The notes under the pieces were generated by a model, which had not been told where the DNA came from, searched no databases, and was given only the letters and a program-made list of their open reading frames with translations. DNA of 64,000 nucleotides from Eledone cirrhosa (taxonomy: Eukaryota), in the NCBI GenBank assembly GCA_964016885.1, contig OZ024742.1:96844001-96908000 (forward strand), read 5' to 3'. Shown one piece after another: positions 50,039 to 64,000 of the stretch. Each line of letters starts with the position of its first letter. The stretch's first letter is position 1. Position numbers and translations under genes: made by a program.

Positions 50039-52485
50039 CACAAGGGATGGTGAGGTAGTATGTCTACCCACGGATAAGTCTGGTAGGATGTCAATAGATA
50101 GCATGCCGAACTACATCAAGGCTATGCAACCCCACATCACCAACACGAGCGAAATTGCACAACAAACACATGATGGGAGAGAGAAAATCCTCAACGCTCA
50201 CATGATGATGTGGACTGACACCCTAAAGCCAAGCAGACGCACTGCCAACAACTTCCAGGCGTCTAACAATGGCATACCACACTTGTATGGGCTCCGCAAA
50301 GACCACAAGACAGTCGACGACCCAACAACAGGACCACCACCAAGACCTGTATACGGAGCTAATATAGCTAGCAACTACAGGATCTCCTACTTCCTCTCAA
50401 TGGTTATACGCCCCATAATTAATATGTCCCCAGATGTATGTGACAGTACAGAGGACCTCCTCAGCAGAATCAGTGAGTGCAACAAAAACAGGAACGTATC
50501 CAACTGCATAATAGGCAGCATGGATGTGGTGTCACTGTACCCATCCATTGACATTGATTTTGCTGTGAAAAAATGTGTGGAGATGATCATTGAGAGTGAC
50601 GTGGAGTTCTGCGACGTCGACACAGACGAACTGAGCCTTCTACTTAGACTTACCTACGACACTGACTACCTAGACAGCCATGACCTTAGACGTTTCTGCC
50701 CTAGTAGACCCATAAGAGGTAGACCCCCCACCATAACCTCAATGGCAAAAAGACTCCCATGGGAAGGTGGATTGTGTGGACCAAAGCTATACGGAGCCCC
50801 CAAAACAATGATCAGGTAAGAAAAATGGTCGCACATGCAATAGGGGCTAGCATCAAAACTACCCTAAGGGGCCACATATTCAAGTTCAACGAGAAGATCT
50901 ACACCAAAAATGAGGGAGCAGCCATTGGCGTCAGCATAGTTGGTGACGTTGCCAACCTTTTTATGGTATGGTGGGAAAGGAGACTTAAAGATCTCCTTAA
51001 TGAGAGCTCCATAGACCTCATCATGTACTCTCGTTACGTAGACGATATCAATATAGTTATAAGAACATCCCCACTAGAGAGCACTAACAAGTTTGATTTA
51101 GAACGTAGCACAATGGAAAGCATCCAGCAGATAGCTAATTCCATACACCAGAGTATAACTGTAACTATCGACTACCCTGCCAAACACCCTAACAATAGAC
51201 TACCTGTACACGGAACTCTGGATTAACACTATAGACGAGAGAGACCAAATTCTCCACTCACACTATGCTAAACCCATGGCCTCCAAATACCTGATACTCA
51301 AAAACTCAGCAATGTCCAGTAGTGCTAAGTTTAATATTCTGATCGCAGATTTGGTACGAGTGATGAATAATGAGTCAGGCATGTGCGACCCAACAGAAAT
51401 GGAAAGACATCCAACACTTCATCAACCGCATGCAGTTCTCTGGCTACAACCAAAGAGACAGAGTCAGAGTATACGAAGGAGCCATGGAGAAGTATAATAC
51501 CCTCATAGAACTGGACATGAAAGGAATTTGCCTATTATACAGGAGCAAATCATGGAATAGCTTAGATAGGGCTAGACATAAGATAGGGAAAGACACCTCA
51601 TGGTACGACAACCAGAGAAACCAGAGTGTCATGTTTGTGGACGCTACCCCTGGAGGGAAATTAGCTAACCAGTGTAGAAAGGCCCTGAGAAAGACCCACT
51701 TAAAGATTAAGGTGGTAGAAAAGCCAGGAACCACCATAAAATCCCTGATCAGCAAAACCTACCCTTTTAAGAAAACCCACTGTACTAATAGGAAATGTAT
51801 CATATGTAAGGTAAACGCCCGGATAAACTGTAAAACTAGAAACGTAGTCTATAGCATAAGATGTACAGAGGGTACTTGCAGAAACATGACAACAACATAC
51901 ATAGGCGAGACAGCTCGTAGCATAGGTGAAAGGATAGACCAACACTGGGGGGAACTAAAAGGACGAAAAAACGGGTCAGTACTATACGAATATGCCATCA
52001 ACAACACGACGGTAACATAGACAACATAGAAATTAGAATAATATCTAAACATAGAAATGACCCAGCAGATCAGAGAGGCCAGTGAAATAGAACTTAGAAG
52101 GCCAAGACTAAACAGAAAGAATGAATGGAATAACAACAACACCCAAACAAACAACACTGACCTAACAGAAGTATAAATAAATAAATAAATAGATAAATAA
52201 ATAAATACATACACAAGCACAATAACAACTAACACATATAAACACACACTAGTAAAGATAGAATACATTAACCAATACACAGTCACCCAATCACGAATAC
52301 ACATCAAACAAAACACTATACACACGCGCAAACGCATGCGTAAAGAAGACAAAATAAAATAAACAAACAAACAAATAAATATATAGACAGACTAAATAAA
52401 GATGGCGTAGACATACAATGTAACGGGAGGAAACAATAACCCCACTGACGATGTTGCAGATGTGCAACGAAAGAACTTTGATAAA
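49941..52485 (+). mobile_element. Penelope-like retroelement (probably Naiad-type), 5'-truncated, frameshifted RT + GIY-YIG
   Basis: TDKSG, LYGLRKDHK, RPV, SMDVVSLYPSI, GAAIG, ANLFM, RYVDD; CxxxxCxxC...C.TRNVVYSIRC....C...YIGETAR; hammerhead motif at 3' end. Confidence 0.9.
52443..52480 (+). ncRNA. Hammerhead motif at Penelope 3' end (weak stem I)
   Basis: CA CTGACGA T GTTGCA-GATG-TGCAAC GAAA GAAC TT TG. Confidence 0.55.
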
Positions 52486-54639
52486 CTATATATATGTGTT
52501 TGTGTCTATATTGTATCTGTATTATTTTTTACCGTTGGTCAGTCAATGGCAACATTGAGGACCGAATAAATTAGATTACCGATGTAAAAGACACAGAAGC
52601 GAAAAGCGAAAACCAACCAAACAGTGAGTGTGTTCTGTTATTAATTCTGGCAATATTACACAAATATGACCCTCCCCAAGTATAACAATATTTGTTTCGA
52701 CACACGATTTCATATAAAAAACCTCGCATATATATATATATGAATTAGGTTATAAATATATGTGTGTATATACATATATAACAACAAGCATTTTGATCAC
52801 TTTCCCTGCTCAAGTCGGGTTTAGACATATATTTCCCATGGTAAGCTATTCTAGTTTGCTATATCATTTGAATTTTTCTTAAGCACACATCTGGCTTTCA
52901 TTTCCTCCTACATCATCTTTAGCCATGCATTTCTTGATCTCCCTCAACACATGACTCAACTATCTCATTTCATTTTTCTTCCCAATATTCCTTTGTCTGC
53001 AATTCATTCCTTGTTTTCTTCTCTGCATTATTTCAATCATCAAATTGATCATGTACTTTTATGTTCTTTCCAGCCTTTTCATTTTCTCTGTTCTTCACCC
53101 ATTCCTGTAAATTGTGGGACTTCTCATACGTACATCATACAACTTTTCAATCCATTTCAAAGTCATTTCCCCCCTCATTAACGTGCTACTCAGTTCTGAG
53201 AACTACTTCCATGCCCATCTCACACTAAATAGATTTGCTGGGTCTGATCCACCTTCTCCATTCACATGTCTCCAAGGTAACCAAATGTTTTCACACCTTC
53301 CATCTTCACACCATTTCCAAACTCCAGATCAACATCTTCTCCATCTGTTGCTCCCACATGCATCATCTAAACTTTAATCTATCTTCCACATTATTTAATA
53401 ATCCTTCCACACCTCCACATATGCAATCTACCCACTCAGTGCATGTGTGCATGTGTGTGTGTGTGTGTGTGTGTGTTTGTATCTGTGTAGCAGAGACCTT
53501 TACCGAAACTTCAAAGTTACTTTCATCTGTTTCCTCAAAAAATGAATCTTACAGAACTCACATATTTATTGTAAAGTCCACATACACACTACTGTATACC
53601 TTGTGCCAGTTGAGAAAACACATTTGCAGTCTCATGTCAGCCAGGGCTACATTAAGTCTTTCTTTCCTGTATAGATGCTTAATCTGCTTGTGATTAGCAA
53701 CACAGGAGTATGTCACACTCCATCATACTCTTCCTTTGATAACCTTGTTGAACTAGGAGTTTTTTATCTTGATATATATTGTTCAGTTTCTTCTTTTACT
53801 GGAGCTGCTTCATAACAAGGAAATCACTGTTATCCACACCATTAGAAAAAGTAGAGAACTTGTTATTTTCTATGTTTAATTTCAGCATCATTCATCCCTG
53901 TGATATCAACAGCCTTTCATACCTTGTTTTGCCTTTCATACCTCATATTACCCTGAAAATATTTTGGCTTGCAAATTTGTCTGTTTGTTTAATTGTCATA
54001 CTATAATATTTTAATTTACCTTCTAAACATGTTACATGTTACAGCTCTAGGATAAACATGAAGGGTATCAGCAGGATTATCTTATGCTTATTACAATTTA
54101 AAAGTATTTCACAAAAGTGACAACAAATCAAGACCAGAAAATGGTATTAAATTGAGCTAAGAGCTATTCATATGACTGGCTTCCAGAAATTTCAGTTCAA
54201 TCAAAGGATTCAGAGAAGCTTACAAGGCTTGTAATCTGGGTGTACTAAACACACATACACACATGCAAGCATGATTGTACACCCACATACACCATTATCA
54301 TTATCATCACCATTTCATGCCTATTTTCATTCCTGGCATAGTTTAGACATATATATGTAATCATTAAAGTATTGTCCGATGACGCTGTGAGTACACAGGA
54401 GTAATTCCTAACGCCCCACCCACTCCGACCCACCCACACTAAACTCTCCATACCCTACCCCCAATTCCTCCACCTTCATTGGCTCTGCAGTCATGTTTAT
54501 GAATTTGATATCCAGTCTCAATGCATAGCATCCCGCTTTATCCAGTGTAGATATCCTTCCACATTAATTTAAGTGGCCCCTACGCACACCTACCTTCCTT
54601 TCCCCCCCACCTACTACTCATCTACCTTACCACTACATC

Positions 54640-55170
54640 ACAACATCCTTCATTGTTTCCGAACCCCATCTCCTTGCTTCTTTCTCAGGCCACTCATCAC
54701 TGCCTTTTAGCATGCCCGTAATCTCCATAACTTTCTTGTGCACATTCCCTACCCCACCCCCACCTCTAGGACACCTCTTAGCTCCTGTCCTTGTTCTCAC
54801 CCTTCCTGTAACTCCTGTCCCTACATAACAAACCTCACCACTCTCACAGGTACAAATCATTCCTTTCACATTCGCCACTCCTTCTTTTGTACCTCCACCA
54901 ATGTTGTCTATACCTTCCAGTTTTTCCTTTGTAGGTCCATTTACATCAGGCAGACTGATTTGCCGAACACCTGAAGAACATACAACTAGGTAAATACACT
55001 CATGCCGCTTGCCACTTCCATTCCTCCAACCACTCTACTCAACATCTCACCATCTCAGGCCTTCTTTTACACCACAGATCCACAGACACTTGCACCAGGA
55101 CCAAGCAGAAATTAACTTTTTGCCTTGGAACCAAATTTCCGAATGAATACAATCCCACCCCCGTACTTCT
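54640..55170 (+). mobile_element. Degenerate Penelope-like (Neptune-type) GIY-YIG fragment
   Basis: PCSHPSCNSCPYI...G...SFHIRHSFFCTSTNVVY...C..IYIRQT matches the Cys linker + GIY-YIG pattern. Confidence 0.65.
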
Positions 55171-56105
55171 TTTTACCCTTGTTCTAACACACACAACTAC
55201 AGCCACCACACAATACACATTCACATTTACAACATCCATATATACCACTCAACACATATCTACCCCTGGACACACATAACCATTAATCCTTCATTTTCTG
55301 ATGCATGCCCACATATGTGCACATGCCTGCACACACCACTGATACACATTCTTTTACTCTCGTCCATGTGTGTTTGCTTCTCTTGTGTGCTTGTCTGTGT
55401 TCACATGGCACTCAATGCCACGGCTGCGCCGTTGTCTGTTTAATGTTTCCTTATATTTAATCCATCCTCAAAACTTCCCAGCTCTATCCACCTCCATGCA
55501 CGTAATGACTTCACATCTTGTAACTAAGCAGCTTCTCTTACAACCATACCAGGTAATGAAATATATAGGCCACAACTATATTCACTACCCTCTCATTTTG
55601 ACACAGCCCCTCTCAGCTGCTACTATGTGGGTCTATGTATATATTTGTAGAAATTCATATACATTCTTCTAGACCTTCTTACGTTGGTCAGTTCACACAT
55701 GCACGACCACTCACACATCCACACTCACACAGCAGCCAGCCTGTCATGGTCCAACACCCACCCTTAAACAGAACACACCTTCACAAACACATACACACAC
55801 ATACACATGCATACAAACATTTCCACCCCACATATATATTGATTACCTCCTTTCCTAAAACTCACTTCAATTAGGATACGCCTTGATGAGAAACTCTTTA
55901 AGATGGCTGACAGAATACGCTTGAGTGTAATTTTCTCTCCTTTTTTCCTTCTTATAATTTTCTTTCTATTAATCTTCTAATGAAAGACTAGTATCCAAAA
56001 CATCAAGACTCTCTTCCTGCTATTTTAAGCATTAAACTAATATATTTCTTCCATGAACTGTCATTTGTTTTGTTTTTTCTGTATACCTTTTAAATACACA
56101 CACAC

Positions 56106-57118
<1,013 letters not shown>

Positions 57119-57138
57119 TAAACATATATATATATATA

Positions 57139-57862
<724 letters not shown>

Positions 57863-58427
57863 GGATGTGGGGGCATATTGTCTATATGCTTCAGATTTGG
57901 CTTGTACCCGTGGGGTGTCGAGTCTTCTGTATTATATATATATATACTTGTAGCAATGTTGCTTGGATGCGTCCATAGGTGGTATGCCAGTTAAGCACTC
58001 TATGCTCCTTCAGAGCAGAGTATAATGATATGGGAAACGAAGAATCAGTGATGCATCAGAAAACAATTTATTATGTATTACAAATGCTTCTCCAGTGAAC
58101 AGTTCGAGGTGTGATCTGTTTGTGGATCGAACCTGACTCTGGATTCGCAAGTTCTCAGATATGTCTAGGGATTTTGAAGCAAATCCTCTTGCTGCTGGAC
58201 TCCAGCCCTTCGACTATCTATCATCTGCCATCAACCTGTTTGCACCGCTCATCGATTGGTTGATAGGTCGAGACGTCATTTGTGTATTTGACCATTCAAA
58301 TCTGCCCACTGACCATTTCCATTCAGGTGTGAGCTGTCACTCACCTTAATTCCGTCGCCAAAAATGTACTGCTATTTGGGCGAGGTGTTATGAACTGCCT
58401 TGCCACTCCCTGGCTTGCCCATCGCCC

Positions 58428-59522
58428 TACACATATACACCCATACACACGTGTGCTCACACATATACACCCATACACACGTGTGCTCACACATATACAC
58501 CCATACACACGTGTGCTGACACATATACACCCATACACACGTGTGCTCACACATATACACCCATACACACGTGTGCTCACACACATACACCCATACACAC
58601 GTGTGCTCACACACATACACCCATACACACGTGTGCTCACACACATACACCCATACACCCATACACACGTGTGCTCACACATATACACTCATACACACGT
58701 GTGCTCACACATATACACCCATACACACGTGTGCTCACACATATACACTCATACACACGTGTGCTCACACATATACACCCATACACACGTGTGCTCACAC
58801 ACATACACCCATACACACGTGTGCTCACACACATACACCCATACACACGTGTGCTCACACATATACACCCATACACACGTGTGCTGACACATATACACCC
58901 ATACACACGTGTGCTCACACATATACACTCATACACACGTGTGCTCACACATATACACCCATACACACGTGTGCTCACACATATACACCCATACACACGT
59001 GTGCTCACACATATACACCCATACACACGTGTGCTCACACATATACACTCATACACACGTGTGCTCACACATATACACTCATACACACGTGTGCTCAAAC
59101 ATATACACCCATACACACGTGTGCTCACACATATACACTCATACACACGTGTGCTCACACATATACACCCATACACACGTGTGCTCACACATATACACTC
59201 ATACACACGTGTGCTCACACATATACACCCATACACACGTGTGCTCACACATATACACTCATACACACGTGTGCTCACACATATACACTCATACACACGT
59301 GTGCTCAAACATATACACCCATACACACGTGTGCTCACACATATACACTCATACACACGTGTGCTCACACATATACACCCATACACACGTGTGCTCACAC
59401 ATATACACTCATACACACGTGTGCTCACACATATACACCCATACACACGTGTGCTCACACATATACACTCATACACACGTGTGCTCACACATATACACCT
59501 ATACACACGTGTGCTCACACAT
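58428..59522. repeat. 30-bp minisatellite CACATATACACCCATACACACGTGTGCTCA, ~36 copies
   Basis: Exact 30-bp period; only point variants and one 8-bp slip. Confidence 0.97.
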
Positions 59523-60357
59523 AAACAGTCATTCTGAGCCATTGATCGCACACTTACCTATGCGGACATCCACACACCACACACACATAGAGCTCGCGCG
59601 TTGGCGTTTGCGTTCACACGTGTACATACATATATTAATCCCTTGTATATAGGCACATACATACACAGACATATGCACACATGTGCACATAAGAGACCCA
59701 CAGATATACATATATATATACATACACAGTCACACGCACACACACACACATATATGTGCACCTATACATACACACACATACATATACCCGCGTGTACATA
59801 TGCAGTCATACAGGCCTAGTCACATACACACACACACAAACACACATATATATATATATATGTATATACATACATATATATCTGTGTATCTATATATACA
59901 CACACACATATATATATACACACGCACACATACACACACACACATATGAAAAGAAACTGTACTAAAATACTTGGAAAGTGCCTAGAAGCATGCATATGAT
60001 GCTGTACATCCGGGAGTATACAGGGACATTTTACATGAAGAAATACATAACATATATAAAAAAAGTACATATGGTGAATACGTCAAAGAATGCATGCAGC
60101 ATCTCACATAGTGATATATACGTATATGCAGAGACACATTGTTGCACACGTTGACTGAGTTGGCATTATGGTGCTAAAGTGAAATAATCCACATACAGAA
60201 ATCTTATATGCAAAATTACATATGGGAAGCTCATAGGAACAATGTAAAGGTTATAATTAAAACATATATAAAAAGTATATAAAAAATACACATGAGGTTG
60301 TACATGAAAAAATATACATAAAATGTTACATAATGAAATACGTAGAGAAAACACACA

Positions 60358-63300
60358 CATCATCATCATCATCGTTTTATACGTCCACTTTTCTGTGCTT
60401 GGAAGCGTGGGACGGGTCCTATTCAGCACAGCATGTCACGGTCCTTCGTCATCACCACCGTGAGCTTCAGTGATCTGAGGTCTTCTCTCACCGACTCCAC
60501 CCATGTTTTTCGTGGTGTACCTCACCCACGTCTTCCTTCAACTGGTGGCATTTCCTGGTACTTCTTCACCCAGCACATCTCATGTCCATACCATCGCAGA
60601 CTCCTCTCCCGCACACTACAATCTAACCCTCTCAGACATAGTTTCTCTCTCAAAATATCCATGCTCGGTCATTCACGCACAATGACATTGCACATCCAAC
60701 GGAGCATGTTTGCCTCATTTCTCTCCAGCCGTCGCATATCCTCTGCAGTTGCTGCCCATATCTCATTACTATGAAGCATCGCGCTCCTCGCACAGGCATC
60801 ATGTAACCAGCTTTTCGTATGCAGGGAGAAACCCTTCTTCGTCAGCAGAGGAAGCATCTACCTAAACTTCTTCCAACCCGTCCTTATTCTAGATACTATG
60901 GCCTCGGAACATCCCACTCCCATACTAATCTGATCATCTAGGTACCGGAAGCTATCAACCACTTCTATAAAACCCACCTGCATTTGAAAAATGTGTCTAT
61001 CAATGCAACTTCTACTGTCAAATTTCCCTGTACATCTAATGCATGCATATTTCTCCCTACCTGTTAGTTTTCCTGCTATCCCACGACATCTCTTGTCTAC
61101 CCAAGATCTGCATTGTGTGCATTTTATAGAATTTATGCCAGTTCCTTTTCTGCATATCGAACATGGCCATTTCTCTGACGGAATCAGAGTTTTGTCCTAT
61201 TTTCTACTCATCAACACTTTTGTCTTAGCTAGGTTCATTCTCAGTCCTCTTGCTTCCAACTGCTGTTTCCATACCCAGAATTTATTCTCTAGCTCCTCTA
61301 CTGATTCTGCTATAAGAACCAGATCGTCAACATAGAGAAGTTCCAATGGACAGCCAGTCTTAAACTCCTCTATTATAATGAACAAGAGCGGGCTGAAGAC
61401 CGAACCCTGATGTACTCCTACTTGTATCTGGAATTCCTCACTAAACTCCATTGCTACCCTCACTTTACTGACAGCACCACTGTACAAAGTTTTCACCGTC
61501 CTCACAAGCCATTCCTTAACACCTAGTTTCCTTAGGGACCACCAGATGACAGATCGGTGTACCCTATCAAAGGCTTTCTCTAAGTCAACAAAAGCTAAGT
61601 ATAGTGGCTTATTCTTCTCTAAGAACCTCTCTTGCAATTGTCTCACCAAGAAGAAGGCATCTGTTGTACTTTTCCCAGGCACAAAACCAAACTGCATTTC
61701 ATCTAGTTTGACCCTTTCTCTAATTAGTTTTGCTAATATCCTTTCTGCCCCTTTCATAACCTGATCCATGAGTTTTATACCCCTATAATTGCTCCTCTCA
61801 AGAGCATCTCCTTTACCTTTGTAGCAATTTATGAGAATACTTCTGCACCACTCTTTGGGTACGACACTGCCATATATAGCCTGATTGATGATGCATGCAA
61901 CCAGTTTAGTGCCTACATTCCCTTAAGATTTCAGCATCTCAGCAACTATCCCAGACGGTCCAGCAGCCTTAGCATTCTTCAATTCCTTAATTGCCTCTTG
62001 TACCTTATATTTGTCAATCTCAATAGCTGGTCCCTGTGTCGGATCTACTGAGGGTAATTTCTCTCTCTCCAATTCGTTCTCCACATTCATCAGTCTCTCA
62101 TAATGAATTTTCCAGGCCTACTTTTTCTGATCATTCGTGACACTAAGTACACCGACATCGTTCCGGACACATTTATCTCCAACAACATCCTGATTTGCAT
62201 TGACACACTGCCTTGCAATGTGGAACACCACACGTCTCTGATCTTCCCGTCGCAGAACATTGGCAAACCTCCTACTCTCAGCCTCCCTGTGTGCTAAGTA
62301 CACCTGACGTCTAGCTTCTCTCTTAGCGGCTGTACTTCCATGCCCCTTCTCTACTCCCACCCATTTTCCTAGCCTTCCATGCTAGTCTTTTGTCTCTAAT
62401 GGCCCTATCTACCATGCTGTTTCACCACCAGGTTACCAGGTTACTCTCTGTCTGGTTGGAGCTCTGCTCCAGCCACAAGTTTCATCAGTAGCCTGCAGTA
62501 AGTTGTCACGTAAGAGATTCCAGTTATCATCTATGTTATACCACTCTAAATCGTCTTGTTTTTCGTCATATACATCTTGAAGGGCTTTCCTAAATTTGTA
62601 TTTGAGTGAAAGGTCTTTTAACTTCCAGACCTTTCTTCTCCACACCTTCCTGTATGACTCATTCCATCTCTTGCTTACTGAGATATCACTAAAGACTAAT
62701 CTATGCAGTTTTGGTACATTCTTCCCCATGGTATGCCTTGGTATTTGACACCATCTGCCTGTCCCACTGCCTAACTAGTAAGAAGTCAATCTGGCTTATG
62801 TGCTCGCCTGATTTGTAGGTTATTAGGTGGTTGGCAGGTTTCTTGAAGTTAGTGTTGCAAATGGTTAGTGTACTTCCATCACAAAATTCAAGAAGTCTCA
62901 CTCCTTCTTCATTTCTTGAGCCGTAACCGTCCCCACCATGTACCTCAGTGTAACAATCCTGGAGCTGTCTGACATGACCATTGAAGTCCCCTACTAGCAT
63001 AATGATGTCGCCGTCCTCTGTCATTGCGACTGTTTGTAAAAGTTGCTCGTAAAAGCAGTTTTTCTCTTCTCTATCTAGACCTGCCTGGAGAGCATAGGCA
63101 GATATGATTGTCAGTAGTCTCCTGCCTACAACTAATCTAAGCTTAGTTATTCTATTGTTAACTCGAACTCCCTCTATTGTCTTATCGATCCATCTCTCAG
63201 CCGGGAAAATGCCTACTCCCCCTAACCCATCATCCTTACCTACCCAGAAAAGCTTATAACTAAGATGTTTGCTGCGTTTAGTCTTGCAGAGGCACCTCTT

Positions 63301-63600
63301 CATCTCACCTTTTGCACGCAGCACACATCCGCATGCCTTCTCTCCAGCATCTCCGCTATTTCACCAGATCTACCTGTGAGAGTGCCAACATTAAGTGTTG
63401 CAGCTCTGAGATGCGATGTCTTCATATTCTTGTTACTTATTCCTGAAGCGCGATTGCTTGAAGACGGTCGGGGTGGGGGGTGGGGGTTCTTACACATGGC
63501 CGCAACATCCACCTCACTACCGTGCGCAGCCCTAACAGGGTTAATGTTATTGCTGTTTACGCAGTTATTGCGATATATATTTGTTGTTGCGCTAATAATT
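60358..63600 (-). mobile_element. Near full-length RTE LINE (APE endonuclease + RT), inactive
   Basis: APE: AATLNVGTLTGRSGE, DVCCVQ, GDFNGHV, SQIDFLLV. RT: QFGFVPGKSTTDA, FVDLEKAFDRV, GVHQGSVFSPLLF, LLYVDDL. (GAT)n 3' tail at 60358-60373; frameshifts. Confidence 0.93.
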
Positions 63601-64000
63601 GTTTTTGGCATTAATACACTGGTTGGATGCCCTTCCTAACACAAGTGCCACTTTACGGCATGGACTAGGTGCTTTTATTCGTGCCACCAGTACTAGAGAG
63701 GATGTCTTACTGGACTCATGGGCTCTCTCTACCCCTCCATTTTACAGCATGGTCATAACAATAATAACAATAATAATAACACTATAAATAATTATTAATT
63801 AATGAAATCTTGCAATGCCTGTGCATGAAGTATATTTTCAAAGTGAGGAAAGACTGTGCACTGAGCCAACCCCACTCTCTGAGCGACAGTGGCTATAAAC
63901 CGAAAAGAAGAAAAGATCAACATCATCGGTAACTACTGAGCAGCAGGTTTTATGTCAGCATTAACCCAGTTTCCTGAGATGCCTACTCCTAGAAGAATGC

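Noticed and set aside
57948-58390. Possible solo LTR (starts TGTAGCAA, AATAAA on minus strand)
   Set aside because: Could not define the other terminus or a target-site duplication
58341-59652. 250-330 aa ORFs with Cys/His-rich repeats
   Set aside because: A 30-bp minisatellite open in several frames on both strands; no coding signature

Overview
AT-rich, gene-free eukaryotic (metazoan) DNA made almost entirely of repeats. The SINE, RTE and microsatellite make-up suggests a mollusc, possibly an octopus; this is inference only. No intact host gene was found. Contents: a 7.1-kb C-rich ~31-bp satellite with higher-order duplication; a full-length but dead Tigger/pogo element; a full-length dead hAT element; a Helitron RepHel with its 3' hairpin/CTAG end and non-autonomous relatives; RTE LINEs (one near full length); REL-endonuclease LINE fragments; four Penelope-like (RT/GIY-YIG) relics; two tRNA-derived SINE families; MITEs; and many (TA)n/(CA)n microsatellites. 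The most notable hidden signal is a set of minimal type I hammerhead ribozyme motifs (CUGANGA...GAAA-short, mostly palindromic stem III-UH). They occur downstream of Penelope elements and in small non-coding elements: two fold-back palindromes (330 and ~343 bp) with a hammerhead motif on each strand, an inverted/tandem unit at 23.2-24.1 kb, and a direct-repeat-flanked, retrozyme-like unit at 56.2-57.1 kb. All calls are by eye; no database search or folding was run.
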